64,000 nt of DNA from an uncultured Gemmatimonadales bacterium (GCA_963851265.1 CAWKNZ010000002.1:1408001-1472000); one strand, 5' to 3'; positions 46,983-57,246 are shown, numbered from the stretch's first letter. Numbers and translations are program-made. Notes: generated by a model from the sequence alone, not told the origin.

Positions 46983-47968
46983 GGGGCGGGCGTGGGGGCG
47001 CGGTGGGCACTGCGGGGGACGGCGGAAGCCGGGCGCGCGCCGGCGCGGCCGGCGCACCACCACGCGTACGCCGCGTCGAGCGCGTCGACGCGCGCCGGGT
47101 CGACGTGGAGAACGGAAGCCGGCGGGAGTTGGTGCCGGAACCACGTGCGCTGCCGTTTGGCGTACTGCCGCGTAGCGATCACGACACGATCGCGCGCCGC
47201 GGCGAACGGCAGCGCGCCGCGCAGGTGCGCGCGCCAGACGTCGTACCCCGTGGCGTGCCACGCCGGCGCGTCGTCGGGCACCGCGGCCGCGAGCCGCTCG
47301 ACCTCGGCCAGCCATCCGGCATCGAGCATCGCGTCGACGCGGCGCGCGAGCCGATCCGCCAGGATCGGACCGGGGTCGACGACGAGGTAGCGCAGCGCCA
47401 ACCGGGGCGGACGCGCGGCGCGCCGCTGCCAGGTCGTGAGAGGCACTCCCGTGAGCGCCATGACCTCGGCCGCGCGCAGGAGTTGCGCGCGTTGCGCGTT
47501 CGCGCGTTCCGGGTCGAACGCCGCGACGCGCGCGCGGAGCGCCTCGGTGGGCATCGCGTCCAACGCGCGCGCGACCTCGCGTCGTCGATCGGGATCGAGC
47601 GGTGGCTCCTCGAACAGCGGTGCGGCGAGCGCCCGCACGTAGAATCCAGTCCCGCCCACGACGAGCGGCGGCCGCCCTTCAGCATCGCACGCGGCGATCC
47701 AGCACTCCGCCGCGTCGGCCCAGCGGGCGGCGCTCCAGCGATCCGTGGGCTCCGCGACGTCGAGGCCGCGGTGGGGAACGCGCGCGCGCTCATCCGGGGT
47801 CGGTTTCGCGGTGCCGACGTCGAACGCGCGGTAGAGCTGGCGCGAGTCGGCGCTGACGACGGTGGCGCCTACGCGCTCCGCGAGGGCGAGCGCAAGGGCG
47901 GACTTCCCCGCCCCAGTCGGCCCGACGATCGCGGAGACGGTGCGGAACGGGTGCGCGTCTTCAGTCAC
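46979..47968 (-). CDS. miaA: tRNA dimethylallyltransferase
   Basis: GPTGAGKS, SADSRQLY, VGTAKP, VGGTGFY, TRQYAKRQRTWF. Confidence 0.97.
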   Translation of the reverse strand: MTEDAHPFRTVSAIVGPTGAGKSALALALAERVGATVVSADSRQLYRAFDVGTAKPTPDERARVPHRGLDVAEPTDRWSAARWADAAECWIAACDAEGRPPLVVGGTGFYVRALAAPLFEEPPLDPDRRREVARALDAMPTEALRARVAAFDPERANAQRAQLLRAAEVMALTGVPLTTWQRRAARPPRLALRYLVVDPGPILADRLARRVDAMLDAGWLAEVERLAAAVPDDAPAWHATGYDVWRAHLRGALPFAAARDRVVIATRQYAKRQRTWFRHQLPPASVLHVDPARVDALDAAYAWWCAGRAGARPASAVPRSAHRAPTPAP

Positions 47969-49803
47969 CGTCGCCCGAATCGCCGCTCGACTTCGTCCCA
48001 TCCCAGGTGCACGATGGTCGCCCGCCCGTGTACGTCGTGGGCGGGCAGCGTCGTGCGCGCGAGCGCGAGGTACAGGGCGCGCATCTCGTCCGCCGCGAGC
48101 TCGTCGCCCGCCTTGATCGCGGCCTTGCACGCGACGGTGGCGGCCAGTCGCTCGTGCCGCGCGTGAGTCGCGGCATGCCGATCTCCGGTGAGCGCGGCGA
48201 GCGAATCACGCAAACATCGCTCGGCGTCGAACCGCGGGTGCGGCGCCGGCACGGCGTGCACGAGCAGCGTGGAGCCGCCGAACGGCTCCGCCGCGTACCC
48301 GAGCCGCTCGAAGCTCGCGCGCGCCGCGTCGAACGCCTCCGCTTCGGCGCCCGTCACGTGCACGGTGAGCGGGAAGAGCAACCGCTGCGACGGCGCGTCG
48401 CCCCGTTCGAGCGCACCGAGGAAGCGCTCGTAGAGCACGCGCTCGTGCGCCGAGTGCTGGTCGATGAGCACGACCCCCTCGTCGCGCTCGAACATGAGGT
48501 ACGTGCGGCGGAGCTGGACGAGGGGGGGAACGACCACGTCGTCGGCCACTCCGGCGCGCATGGCGGGTGCGGCTGGAGCCGCGACGTCCGAAGGCGCGGC
48601 GTCGTCCCACGCGAGCGCGGGCGCCCCGTCGGGGATGCCGGTGTCCGTGCGCGGGTCCACCACGCCCCCCGCGGCCTCGGCCGGAGTGAAGAGCCCGACG
48701 CGCATCGGCGCCGCGGCGGCGAAGGCGGCGCGCTCGTCCGCTGCCGCAGTGGACCCGCCGGCGTCGCCGCGGAGCCCGGTCGTGAACCAGACGCGCCCGC
48801 CGATCCCGCTCGCGCTGTCGAGGGTGCCTAACGCATGCCGCACGGCGCGCAGCACGGCGCCTTCGACGGTCCACCGGTCGTGGAATCGCACCTCGGCCTT
48901 CGCGGGGTGGACGTTCACGTCCACCCCGTCGGCCGGCACCGATAGCTGCAGAAACAACGACGGCCGGAGCCCCGCGGCGAGCGTGCTGCGGTACGCGGCT
49001 TCCGCCGCGCGCAGCAGGCCGACGTCGCGGACGGGCCGTCCGTTGACGCTGACGAAGGTGCGCCGCGGTGAGCGCCCGACGTCGCCCGGGCGCTCGACGA
49101 CGCCGCTCACGGCGACAGCCCCGGTCACGTCGTCGACGTCGAGAAGCACGTCGGGGTAGCGCGGCCCAAAGATGGCGCCGAGGCGGGCGCGGAAGCTCGC
49201 CGCGGCGGGCCAGCTGAGCGCGGGGCGCCCGTCGTGCGTCGCCGACACGCGCACGTCGTGGCGAGCGAGTGCGACGGTGGTGAGCACCTCGCTGATGCCT
49301 CGCCACTCGCCGCGCGCGGAGCGCAGGAATTTCTCGCGCGCGGGTGTGTTGTAGAACAGCCGGGCGACGCTGACCGTCGTGCCGCGCCGGCGGGCGGCCG
49401 CGGCGACCTGCTGCACGGCACCGCCGGTGGCGCGGATGACCGTACCGTCGCCGGACGCGTCGGCCGTGACGAGTTCCAGCTCCGAGACCGAGCAGATTGC
49501 CGGGAGCGCCTCGCCGCGGAACCCGTAGCTCGCGACGCCGACGAGTTCGTCCGCGGAGCGGATTTTCGACGTCGCGTGGCGCGACAGGCACAGCACGGCG
49601 TCGTCGCGCGACATGCCGGCGCCGTCGTCGCTGACGCGCACCAGCGCGCGGCCGCCCTGCTCCACGATCACCTCGACCGCGGTCGCACCGGCGTCGAGCG
49701 CGTTCTCGACGAGTTCCTTCACGACGGACGCCGGTCGCTCGACGACCTCGCCGGCGGCGATCTGGTCGGCGACGGCCGAGGGGAGGACGGCGATGCGCGG
49801 CAC
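47965..49803 (-). CDS. mutL: DNA mismatch repair protein MutL
   Basis: IAAGEVVERPASVVKELVENALDAGA, HATSKI, GFRGEAL, DVNVHPAK, endonuclease motif DQHSAHERVLYE, ACKAA, HGR. Confidence 0.98.
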   Translation of the reverse strand: MPRIAVLPSAVADQIAAGEVVERPASVVKELVENALDAGATAVEVIVEQGGRALVRVSDDGAGMSRDDAVLCLSRHATSKIRSADELVGVASYGFRGEALPAICSVSELELVTADASGDGTVIRATGGAVQQVAAAARRRGTTVSVARLFYNTPAREKFLRSARGEWRGISEVLTTVALARHDVRVSATHDGRPALSWPAAASFRARLGAIFGPRYPDVLLDVDDVTGAVAVSGVVERPGDVGRSPRRTFVSVNGRPVRDVGLLRAAEAAYRSTLAAGLRPSLFLQLSVPADGVDVNVHPAKAEVRFHDRWTVEGAVLRAVRHALGTLDSASGIGGRVWFTTGLRGDAGGSTAAADERAAFAAAAPMRVGLFTPAEAAGGVVDPRTDTGIPDGAPALAWDDAAPSDVAAPAAPAMRAGVADDVVVPPLVQLRRTYLMFERDEGVVLIDQHSAHERVLYERFLGALERGDAPSQRLLFPLTVHVTGAEAEAFDAARASFERLGYAAEPFGGSTLLVHAVPAPHPRFDAERCLRDSLAALTGDRHAATHARHERLAATVACKAAIKAGDELAADEMRALYLALARTTLPAHDVHGRATIVHLGWDEVERRFGRR

Positions 49804-49839
49804 GGCGGGAATCTACAGCGGCCCGTAGCGCCGGCCTCG

Positions 49840-52461
49840 TCAGGGCGCCGCGTCGAGCGGCGCGACCTGCGCGGAGCGCAGCCAGCCGTCGCGATCGCCG
49901 TCGAGGCGCACGCGGCGCCAATCACCTTCGTCGGCGACGAGTTCGGCGACCTCGCCGGTGACGACCGGCGCGACCCCGTACGCGCCAGGCGCCGGCTCGG
50001 GTCGAAGCGCGGTCGGCGCGCGGACGACGGCGAGTCCGCGCACGTCGAGCGCACGCGACGCGAGTACGCCACCTCCGGCGGTCGCGATCGCTGCGACGTA
50101 GCACGCGAGCGCCCCGGCCCACAACCGCGGATCTGGCCTGCGCCGCACCGCGGCGACGACGAGCGCCAGCGCGGCGCATCCCGCGGCCGTGAGCGCCGCC
50201 CCGCTGAGCAGTCGCGGATCGACGGCGGGCGGCGCGCCGAGGTGCCCGACGGCGGCGATACTCGGCAGCCGGTCCAGCCGGGCGCGCAGGCCCGGGTACG
50301 TGGGGGCGAGATGCGCGGCCCGCTGCCAGGCGAACGATGCCGTCGCGGTGTCGGCGACCGCCCACGCCGCCGTTCCCGCGTTGAGCCACGCCGCCGGGGC
50401 GCCGGGCACCGCGCTCACGGACGCGACGAAGAGGTCGCGCGCCCGTGCGGCGTCGCCCGCCGCGTACGCCGCGACGCCCGCGTCGAACGCCGCCACGGCA
50501 TCCGCGCGGCTCGTCGGCGACGACGGTCGCGGCTCGACCGGGGCGAGTTGCGGTGCCGCGACCGCGAACGCGAGCAGCGCAACGCCGATCGCGAGGGCTG
50601 CGAACCTGTGCCGGGCGAAGGGCACGCCGGTCGAGGCGGTGGGCACGCTTCGACCCACGCGCGCCTCGACCGCGCTCTGCGCGCTCGCGCCGGGGGCGTC
50701 GAGCTCGCGCGCGATGCGGTCGAGCAGGTCGCGCGGTCGCGGGCCCGGTTCGGACGGCGAGATCCTGGACGTTTCGGCAGTTCCGTACGCCGCGCGCGCC
50801 CAGGTGTCGTACGCGGCCGCGCAGTCCCCGGCCAGCGCCCGGCTCACACCAGCGCGCCGCAGACCGCGCGCGAGGGTGGCCGCGTCGAATGCTGGCACGT
50901 CGAGCGCGCCGCCGCCGAGCACGTTCGACAGGCCGGCCATAAACTCGGCGAGCGCGGCAGTCGCGCGGGCCCGCGGGGTATCCGGCGCGGAACCGTCCCC
51001 GGCGCGCGCGTGCCCCGATCGACCTCGGCGCGCGAGTGCGGCGGCGGCGAGCCAGCAGAGCGCGCCCGGCACCGGCACGGCGGCCAGCGCCAACCAGAAC
51101 GGACGGCGCATCACCGGGGCTGCCGGCCGCTCGCCGTCCCACCGCACGACGACGCCGAACTCGCTCCGGGTCGCGACCTCGCCCCGACGCGCGAGCGCCG
51201 GGCCGGCGACTGCCGCTGCCGCGGCGCCGGGTGCGACGCGCACCGTGACGGCCGCCGCGTCGGTGATGCCGTACGCAGACGCCTGTGGGTCGAAGAACGC
51301 GTATCTGACGCCTGGAACGCGCAGCGTACCCTTGGCGCGTGGTGTGAGCAGCCAGTCGAATTCCTTCGCACCGCCGGCGAGGTCGCCCGACGAGTCGACC
51401 TGCACGCGCTCACCGGCCGTCGCAACGTCGGCCCATGGCACCGCGACCGGCGGCCGTGGCAGGAGCAGCACGTTGCCGACACCCTCGACGCGGAGCGTGT
51501 AGACGATCGCGTCTCCGACGCGCGCGTGGGCCGTGTCGATCCGGGCCGACGCGCGGAACCGGCCGACGGCTCCGTCCCACTCCACCGGGCGCCCATCGAT
51601 CGGTGGGGCGACCGCGAGCAGACGACGAGGCGCCGTGCGCGCGGTGATCCGCTCCTCGATGCCGAACGGATCGTCCTCGGGGGTGAGCGCGTACAGCAGC
51701 TGCGCGGCGGGCACGTCCACGACGCCGGGCGCGAGGGGGAAGAGCGCGCGTCGGTACACGTGCACGTCGCCGAGCGCACTCGACGCGTGCCGCGAGCCGA
51801 GGTCGTACGAGACCACGCCTGCGACGGACGGGAAGGCGAACTCGGGGCTCCGCCGGAGCCGTGCGCGCACACGCGCGCCGACGCCGACGCGCAGTTCGAG
51901 CGTCGTCTGCGCGCCAACGTACACCCGCTCCGGCGCGACCGAAGCGTCGAAGGCGAGCCGGCCCGGGTCGGTGGCCGCCGAAGGACCGGCGATGCCGCCA
52001 GCCGCCACGTGGGGCGCGGGCGATAGCACGGCGATCGACCACGCGAGCGAACGGAACGTCGCCGGCCGGAGTCCCGGACCGGTCACGTCAGCCTCGAACG
52101 GCTCGAACGCAAATGTGCCCGCCGCTCCCGCGAGCAGCACGAACCGCCACTCGAGACGCTGGCTCCCGCGGAGCCCCGCCGTGTCGGTCGGCGTGCGGTC
52201 GGTGCGCGTGAGCGTGAACGGCGCGAACGCCGGCGGGGCGAGTCGGACGCTTGCACCTGCCGGCGCCGTGACCTCGACCCGGACGAGGACCGGCGTACGC
52301 GCGGGCACGCTTGCCGGTGCGCTCACGGCCACGGTGACCTGCGCGTGGAGCGCGCGCGGCGATGTCAGGCTCACCGCCGTCCACGCGCACGCGACGACCA
52401 GCCGTGCGAGTCTCCGCGTCCACCCCGTCGCCCATGTGGCCGCTGCGCCCACGCTCCGCAC
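49840..52461 (-). CDS. BatD-like protein fused to TPR and SH3-like (BatE-like) module; start uncertain
   Basis: Ig-like BatD segments (VYVG, GAVGRF, VGDAIVYTLRVEGVGN), TM helices, TPR, C-terminal ..GDWRRVRL..RDGWL. Confidence 0.75.
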   Translation of the reverse strand: MRSVGAAATWATGWTRRLARLVVACAWTAVSLTSPRALHAQVTVAVSAPASVPARTPVLVRVEVTAPAGASVRLAPPAFAPFTLTRTDRTPTDTAGLRGSQRLEWRFVLLAGAAGTFAFEPFEADVTGPGLRPATFRSLAWSIAVLSPAPHVAAGGIAGPSAATDPGRLAFDASVAPERVYVGAQTTLELRVGVGARVRARLRRSPEFAFPSVAGVVSYDLGSRHASSALGDVHVYRRALFPLAPGVVDVPAAQLLYALTPEDDPFGIEERITARTAPRRLLAVAPPIDGRPVEWDGAVGRFRASARIDTAHARVGDAIVYTLRVEGVGNVLLLPRPPVAVPWADVATAGERVQVDSSGDLAGGAKEFDWLLTPRAKGTLRVPGVRYAFFDPQASAYGITDAAAVTVRVAPGAAAAAVAGPALARRGEVATRSEFGVVVRWDGERPAAPVMRRPFWLALAAVPVPGALCWLAAAALARRGRSGHARAGDGSAPDTPRARATAALAEFMAGLSNVLGGGALDVPAFDAATLARGLRRAGVSRALAGDCAAAYDTWARAAYGTAETSRISPSEPGPRPRDLLDRIARELDAPGASAQSAVEARVGRSVPTASTGVPFARHRFAALAIGVALLAFAVAAPQLAPVEPRPSSPTSRADAVAAFDAGVAAYAAGDAARARDLFVASVSAVPGAPAAWLNAGTAAWAVADTATASFAWQRAAHLAPTYPGLRARLDRLPSIAAVGHLGAPPAVDPRLLSGAALTAAGCAALALVVAAVRRRPDPRLWAGALACYVAAIATAGGGVLASRALDVRGLAVVRAPTALRPEPAPGAYGVAPVVTGEVAELVADEGDWRRVRLDGDRDGWLRSAQVAPLDAAP

Positions 52462-52466
52462 CGGAG

Positions 52467-54239
52467 CTACCAGTCCTTGCCGCCGGGCGGTGGGGGCGGG
52501 GTCTGCCGCTGCTGCTTGCTCTGCGTGTCGCGCTCCTCGCGCGATGCGGCCTGCAGAATCTCTTCCGCCGACGGCTGCCCCAGGTGCGACGGCTGCGACG
52601 CGGGCGGGCGCGGGGGCGCCGCACCGCCGCCTCCACCTCCGCCCCCACCGCCCCCGCCACCACTCGGCGGGCGCTGTAAGGCCAGCTCGTAATTCCATTT
52701 CGCGTCGACGTCGTTCGGGCGCATCCGGATGGCGCGGCGGTAGAGCGCGAGCGCGGCGTCGAGCTCCGGGCGGGAACTGTCGCCCACCGCGCCGCTCGCG
52801 CCGGTCGGCCCGGGTGCTGGCGCGCCGCCCGCGTTCGACACGCCACGCGCGGCCGAGAGCCCGCGCTGCAGGTGCACGAGGCCGAGGTTGAAGATCGCGC
52901 GCCAGCGGACGTCGCCGTCGTCGGAGCGGCGGGCGTCGTCGAGCGGCGGCAGCGCGGCCGCGAGCGAGTCGGCGCGCACGAGCGCGGTGCCCACGTTGTA
53001 GCGGGCGAGCGTGGACCCGCCACCCGCACCGAGCCGCCCGCGATACTCGGCGAGCGCACCCGCGACGTCCCCGCGTTGATAACGCGCGAGCGCATCGTCC
53101 GTGCGCCCGGGCCACGTCAGCCCACAGCCGCCGAGCGCGGCCGCGACGACCAGCGCCGCCGCAGCGCGCGCGACGGCCGCGACGTTCGGGGCCTCGATCA
53201 CGCGTCGACGCGTACCCGGCCCGCGCCGCGCGAGCCATGTGTCCAACAGCAGCAGTAGCAGCGCCGGCGCGACGAACCACTGGAAGCGCGGCGCGAGGTC
53301 GGCCCCCGTCGATGTCGCGCGCGTCGTCTGCCGCAGCCCCGACAGCGCGGCGCGCACGCGCGCCGCCTTGTCCGGCGCGTCGGCCGGTACGAACGTGCCG
53401 CCGCCCGCGGTCGCCGCGGCCTGCAACAGCGCCGGCGTGTAGTGCGACACGACGACGTTGCCCTCGGGGTCGCGCTTCTGACGGACGGTGTTCTCTTCAC
53501 GCACCGGGATCATGGCTCCGGCGACCGTCCCGAAGCCGACGGTCGATACCGTGATTCCGGCCGCGCGCGCGTCGCGCGCGGCGTCGGTCACGTCCGATTC
53601 GGGTTCGAACGACTCGCCGTCGCTCATGAGCACGATCGCACGGTCACCCGGGGAGGGCGAGACCTGCAGCAGGTCGGTCGCCTGCCGGATGGCGCGCGAC
53701 ATGGCACTTCCGGCCTGGCCGACCACCGACGGGTCGAGGTTGTCGAGGAACAGTTCGATTGCCCCGCCGTCGTTCGTGAGTGGCGTGAGGATGTAGCTCC
53801 GCCCGGCGAACGCGAGCAGCGCGACGCGGTTCCCGGGCGTCGTGGCGAGCAACTGCCGCACGACCTGCCGCATACGCTCCAACCGGCTCGGCGGGTCGTC
53901 GGGCGCGAGCATCGAGAGCGACGCATCCAGCGCGAGCACCACGTCCACGCCCTCGGATCGGATGACGTCGCCGCGGGCTCCCCACCGCGGCCCGGCGAAG
54001 GCGAGCGCCGCGCACGCGGACGCGAACCCAAGTCGCGCCGCGCGCCACCCGGTCCCCTGTCCCGCCGCGGCGAGCGCGGGCGCGAGCCGCGCGACGAGCA
54101 CCGCGTCGCCGATGCGGGCCGCGCGCGCGGCCCGTCGTCGCGCGCGCGCGACGACGAGCGCGATCACGAGCGCCGGCAGCACGATCACGAGCGGCAGGAA
54201 CCACGGCTGATCGAAGAACCCGAGCCACGCGCGGCTCAC
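52467..54239 (-). CDS. vWA protein BatB fused to TPR (BatC-like) region
   Basis: AGPRWG, DASLSM MIDAS motif, PLTND, SDGE, TM helix, YNVG/FNLG TPRs, DAKWNYELA, terminal KDW. Confidence 0.85.
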   Translation of the reverse strand: MSRAWLGFFDQPWFLPLVIVLPALVIALVVARARRRAARAARIGDAVLVARLAPALAAAGQGTGWRAARLGFASACAALAFAGPRWGARGDVIRSEGVDVVLALDASLSMLAPDDPPSRLERMRQVVRQLLATTPGNRVALLAFAGRSYILTPLTNDGGAIELFLDNLDPSVVGQAGSAMSRAIRQATDLLQVSPSPGDRAIVLMSDGESFEPESDVTDAARDARAAGITVSTVGFGTVAGAMIPVREENTVRQKRDPEGNVVVSHYTPALLQAAATAGGGTFVPADAPDKAARVRAALSGLRQTTRATSTGADLAPRFQWFVAPALLLLLLDTWLARRGPGTRRRVIEAPNVAAVARAAAALVVAAALGGCGLTWPGRTDDALARYQRGDVAGALAEYRGRLGAGGGSTLARYNVGTALVRADSLAAALPPLDDARRSDDGDVRWRAIFNLGLVHLQRGLSAARGVSNAGGAPAPGPTGASGAVGDSSRPELDAALALYRRAIRMRPNDVDAKWNYELALQRPPSGGGGGGGGGGGGGAAPPRPPASQPSHLGQPSAEEILQAASREERDTQSKQQRQTPPPPPGGKDW

Positions 54240-55228
54240 GGCAGCGGCCCCCGCCAGGCGACGAGTCCGAGCTCGAGCGCGAGCGCCGCGAGCGCGACGC
54301 CGAGCGGCCACCGATACTCCTCGGAGTAGCGGACGTAGCGCTTGGCGTGCGACGGCGTGCGTTCGAGCGCGTCGATCTCCTGGTAGATACGGCCTAACGC
54401 GGCCGCGTCCTTCGCGCGAAAGTAGCGGCCGTGCCCCGTGCGGGCGACGTCGGTGAGGAGCGCCTCGTCGATCTCGACCGGCCGCTCCTCGAAGCGCAAT
54501 CCGTACAGACCGCGCCCGACGGGGACGGGGGCCATGCCCTCGGTCCCGACGCCGATCGTGTAGATGCGAATGCCGAATGCGGCCGCCGCCTGCGCCGCCG
54601 TGCGCGGGTCGATCGCGCCGCGGTTGTTCACCCCGTCGGTGAGCAGGACCATCACGCGCGAGCGCCCCGCGACGCCCCGCAGTCGGTTGGCGGCCGTCGC
54701 GATCGCGGTACCGATCGCCGTGCCGTCCTCGAGCTGCCCGGCCTGCAGGTTGTCGATCGCGGCGAGCACCACCGGGTAGTCGGTGGTGAGGGGGACCTGC
54801 GTGAGCGCTTCCGCCGCGAACGCCACGACCCCGATGCGGTCGGCCGAGCGACCCGCGACGAATCGCTTGAGCGTCGCCTTGGCGACCTCGAGACGGTTCT
54901 CCGGCTGGAAGTCCTGCGACAGCATCGAGCTCGACAGGTCGACGACGAGGGCGATGTCGATCCCGTCGCGCGAGTCGGGGACGGCGCGCGCGCCGGTGCG
55001 TGGACGTGCGAACGCGACCACGAGTCCGGCGAGCGCGAGCCATCGCAGCGTCGCGAGCGCACGCGCGACGCTGCGGCCGGCGCGCGGACCGCGCGCGAGC
55101 GCTGCCGCCCGCGAGAAGGTGATCGCCGCACGCGGTGCCCGCCGCCCGACCGCCCAGAGCAGCGGCAGGACGAGCAGGAGCGCGAGCGCCCACGGCGCGG
55201 CGAAGCTGACGCCTCCGACGTCGCTCAT
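54236..55228 (-). CDS. batA: vWA protein BatA
   Basis: FAAPW, FARP, DLSSSM, NRLEVAK, PLTTD, GTAIG, LLTDGVNNRG, IYTIGVG, GRYFRA. Confidence 0.9.
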   Translation of the reverse strand: MSDVGGVSFAAPWALALLLVLPLLWAVGRRAPRAAITFSRAAALARGPRAGRSVARALATLRWLALAGLVVAFARPRTGARAVPDSRDGIDIALVVDLSSSMLSQDFQPENRLEVAKATLKRFVAGRSADRIGVVAFAAEALTQVPLTTDYPVVLAAIDNLQAGQLEDGTAIGTAIATAANRLRGVAGRSRVMVLLTDGVNNRGAIDPRTAAQAAAAFGIRIYTIGVGTEGMAPVPVGRGLYGLRFEERPVEIDEALLTDVARTGHGRYFRAKDAAALGRIYQEIDALERTPSHAKRYVRYSEEYRWPLGVALAALALELGLVAWRGPLP

Positions 55229-56307
55229 GCTGCCCGGTCCTCACGCGCGGCGGCGCGGGTAGCGCGGCGCCGCTCGGCCTCGTACGCCCGCCGTTCGTCG
55301 GCTTCGGCTCGCGCCCGCTCGGCGGCCTCCTCTGCCTCCCGCGCCTCGCGCGCGCGTACACCGGTCTCGGTCGCCTCGACGACGCCGCGCGCGTCGGCCG
55401 CGACGTTCGCCGCGTCGGTCGCACCGATCGGAACCGCGGCGAACTTCACGAGGTCGCCCGTGCCGAGCACGTGCCGGAGCGCCGCTTCCGGCACCTCCGG
55501 CCGAGCGGCGAGCGCGTCGGCGAGCTCGCCGCTCGTCTGCCACGCGCCAGCCGCGTCCGGAAAGCGCGCGACGAGATAGTCGCGAAGCAGGTCGACGGCG
55601 AGCGCGACGTGGCGGCCGCCTTCGCCCAACGCCACGAGCCCGCGCCGGTCGAGCGCGGCGTACCCGGCGAGGGCGCGCGCGTACGCGTCCTCGCCCGCGA
55701 CGCGCACGGCGCGCCTGCGCACCCGCCGCCGCGCGACGAACACCAGGGCGGCCACGAGCGCGATGAGCGCGAGCGCGAGCAGCGCGTAGCGCAGCCACCA
55801 GAGGCCGAGGTCGGGAAGCGGGTCGCGCACCGGCTTCGGCGTACGCTTGGTGCTGTCGGCCGGGAGCACCGAGCGGACGTAGATGCCTAACGGCGGCATC
55901 GCGACGCGCCGCACGGCGTCCCCCGCGCGCACGGTCACGCTGTCCAGCGCGACGGGCACCGCCCCGGTCGTCCACGCGACGACCGTGTAGTCGGCGGTGA
56001 CGTCGACGCCGCCGCCCGGCACGGCGGCGGACCGTCGCCGCGGGCCGTCGATCACCTCGATCGGCGCCGCGCTGTCGGCCGCGGCGGGAAAGTCGACGCG
56101 CGCGCCGGCGGGCGCGGCCACGCGCAAAAGCACGTGGAACGGGTCGCCCACGCGCACGCTGTCCGGCGCGCGCGACGCGCCGACGCGGACGGTCTGCGCT
56201 GCGGCCGTCGGAGCCCGGCCGGCGATGAACGCCGCGCCCGCGACGAGCGCCGCCGCGCCCGCGCGCGCACCGGCCCGCGATCGCCGCGCGGTGACGAGCG
56301 CGCTCAC
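55225..56307 (-). CDS. Hypothetical membrane protein of the MoxR/Bat cluster
   Basis: Signal peptide, VRVGDP Ig-like domain, one TM helix, LRDYLVARF...DLVKFA motif; start and stop overlap neighbours. Confidence 0.75.
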   Translation of the reverse strand: MSALVTARRSRAGARAGAAALVAGAAFIAGRAPTAAAQTVRVGASRAPDSVRVGDPFHVLLRVAAPAGARVDFPAAADSAAPIEVIDGPRRRSAAVPGGGVDVTADYTVVAWTTGAVPVALDSVTVRAGDAVRRVAMPPLGIYVRSVLPADSTKRTPKPVRDPLPDLGLWWLRYALLALALIALVAALVFVARRRVRRRAVRVAGEDAYARALAGYAALDRRGLVALGEGGRHVALAVDLLRDYLVARFPDAAGAWQTSGELADALAARPEVPEAALRHVLGTGDLVKFAAVPIGATDAANVAADARGVVEATETGVRAREAREAEEAAERARAEADERRAYEAERRRATRAAAREDRAA

Positions 56308-57236
56308 CGGCGGGCGACGCGCGTCTCGCGCGCCTTGAAGAAACTGAGCAGCGGCTGCACGTAGCCGCGGTCGGTACGCACCGCGATCTCGTCGACCCCC
56401 GAACGGCGCAGCGCGCGCGCCCGCGCGGCCGCGTCGGCCGCGACCGCCTCCGCGAACGCGGTGCGCACGGCAGGATCGCTCGTGTCGACCTCGATCTCCG
56501 CGCCGGTCTCCGGGTCGACGAACCGCGCGAGGCCGACGTCGGGGAGCACGTCCTCGCCAGGGTCGCTCACCGTGACGGCGATGACGTCGTGCCTGATGGA
56601 CAGCCGCTTCAGCGGGCGCTCGAGGTCGGGCGCGGCGAAGTCGGACACGATGAACACGATCGCCTTCTGGTGGAGCACCTTCGCCACATGGTCGACGGCG
56701 CCGGCGAGGTCCGTTCCGCGCCCGGTCGCGTTCGCCGCGAGCAGGTCGCGCAGCAGACGAAGGGCGTGCCGCCGGCCCTTGCGCGGCGGCACCTCGTGCT
56801 CGATCCGGTCCGTGAACAACGTCAGGCCCACGCGGTCGTTGTTCCGCACGGCCGCGAGCGCGAGCACCGCGGCCAACTCCACCGCGAGATCGCTCTTGAA
56901 CCGTGTTTTCGTACCGAACCGCTCCGAACCCGAGAGGTCGACGAGCAGCATCACGGTCAGCTCGCGCGCCTCCTCGTACCGGCGCACGAACGGCCGCCGC
57001 ATGCGCGCGGTGACGTTCCAATCGATCGCGCGCACCTCGTCGCCGGGCAGGTACTCGCGGACCTCGGCGAACTCCATCCCCTGCCCCTTGAACACGGAGC
57101 GATACTCGCCGGCCCAGAGCGAGTTGACCGGCCCGCGCGTGCGCACCTCGATCCGGCGCACCTGCCGCAGGATCTCGGCCGGCACGCCGTGCGGCGACTC
57201 AGCCGACGCGGCGACCTGCGCGTCGCTCTGACTCAC
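56304..57236 (-). CDS. DUF58 family vWA-related protein
   Basis: YRSVFKGQGMEFAEVREYLPGDEVRAIDWNVTAR, DLSGS, VSDF, DPETG. Confidence 0.93.
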   Translation of the reverse strand: MSQSDAQVAASAESPHGVPAEILRQVRRIEVRTRGPVNSLWAGEYRSVFKGQGMEFAEVREYLPGDEVRAIDWNVTARMRRPFVRRYEEARELTVMLLVDLSGSERFGTKTRFKSDLAVELAAVLALAAVRNNDRVGLTLFTDRIEHEVPPRKGRRHALRLLRDLLAANATGRGTDLAGAVDHVAKVLHQKAIVFIVSDFAAPDLERPLKRLSIRHDVIAVTVSDPGEDVLPDVGLARFVDPETGAEIEVDTSDPAVRTAFAEAVAADAAARARALRRSGVDEIAVRTDRGYVQPLLSFFKARETRVARR

Positions 57237-57246
57237 CGCGCCGCCC

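Noticed and set aside
52623..52661. G-rich tract as a phase-variation or G-quadruplex switch
   Set aside because: Mixed Gly codons and no long homopolymer; adequately explained as a protein linker.
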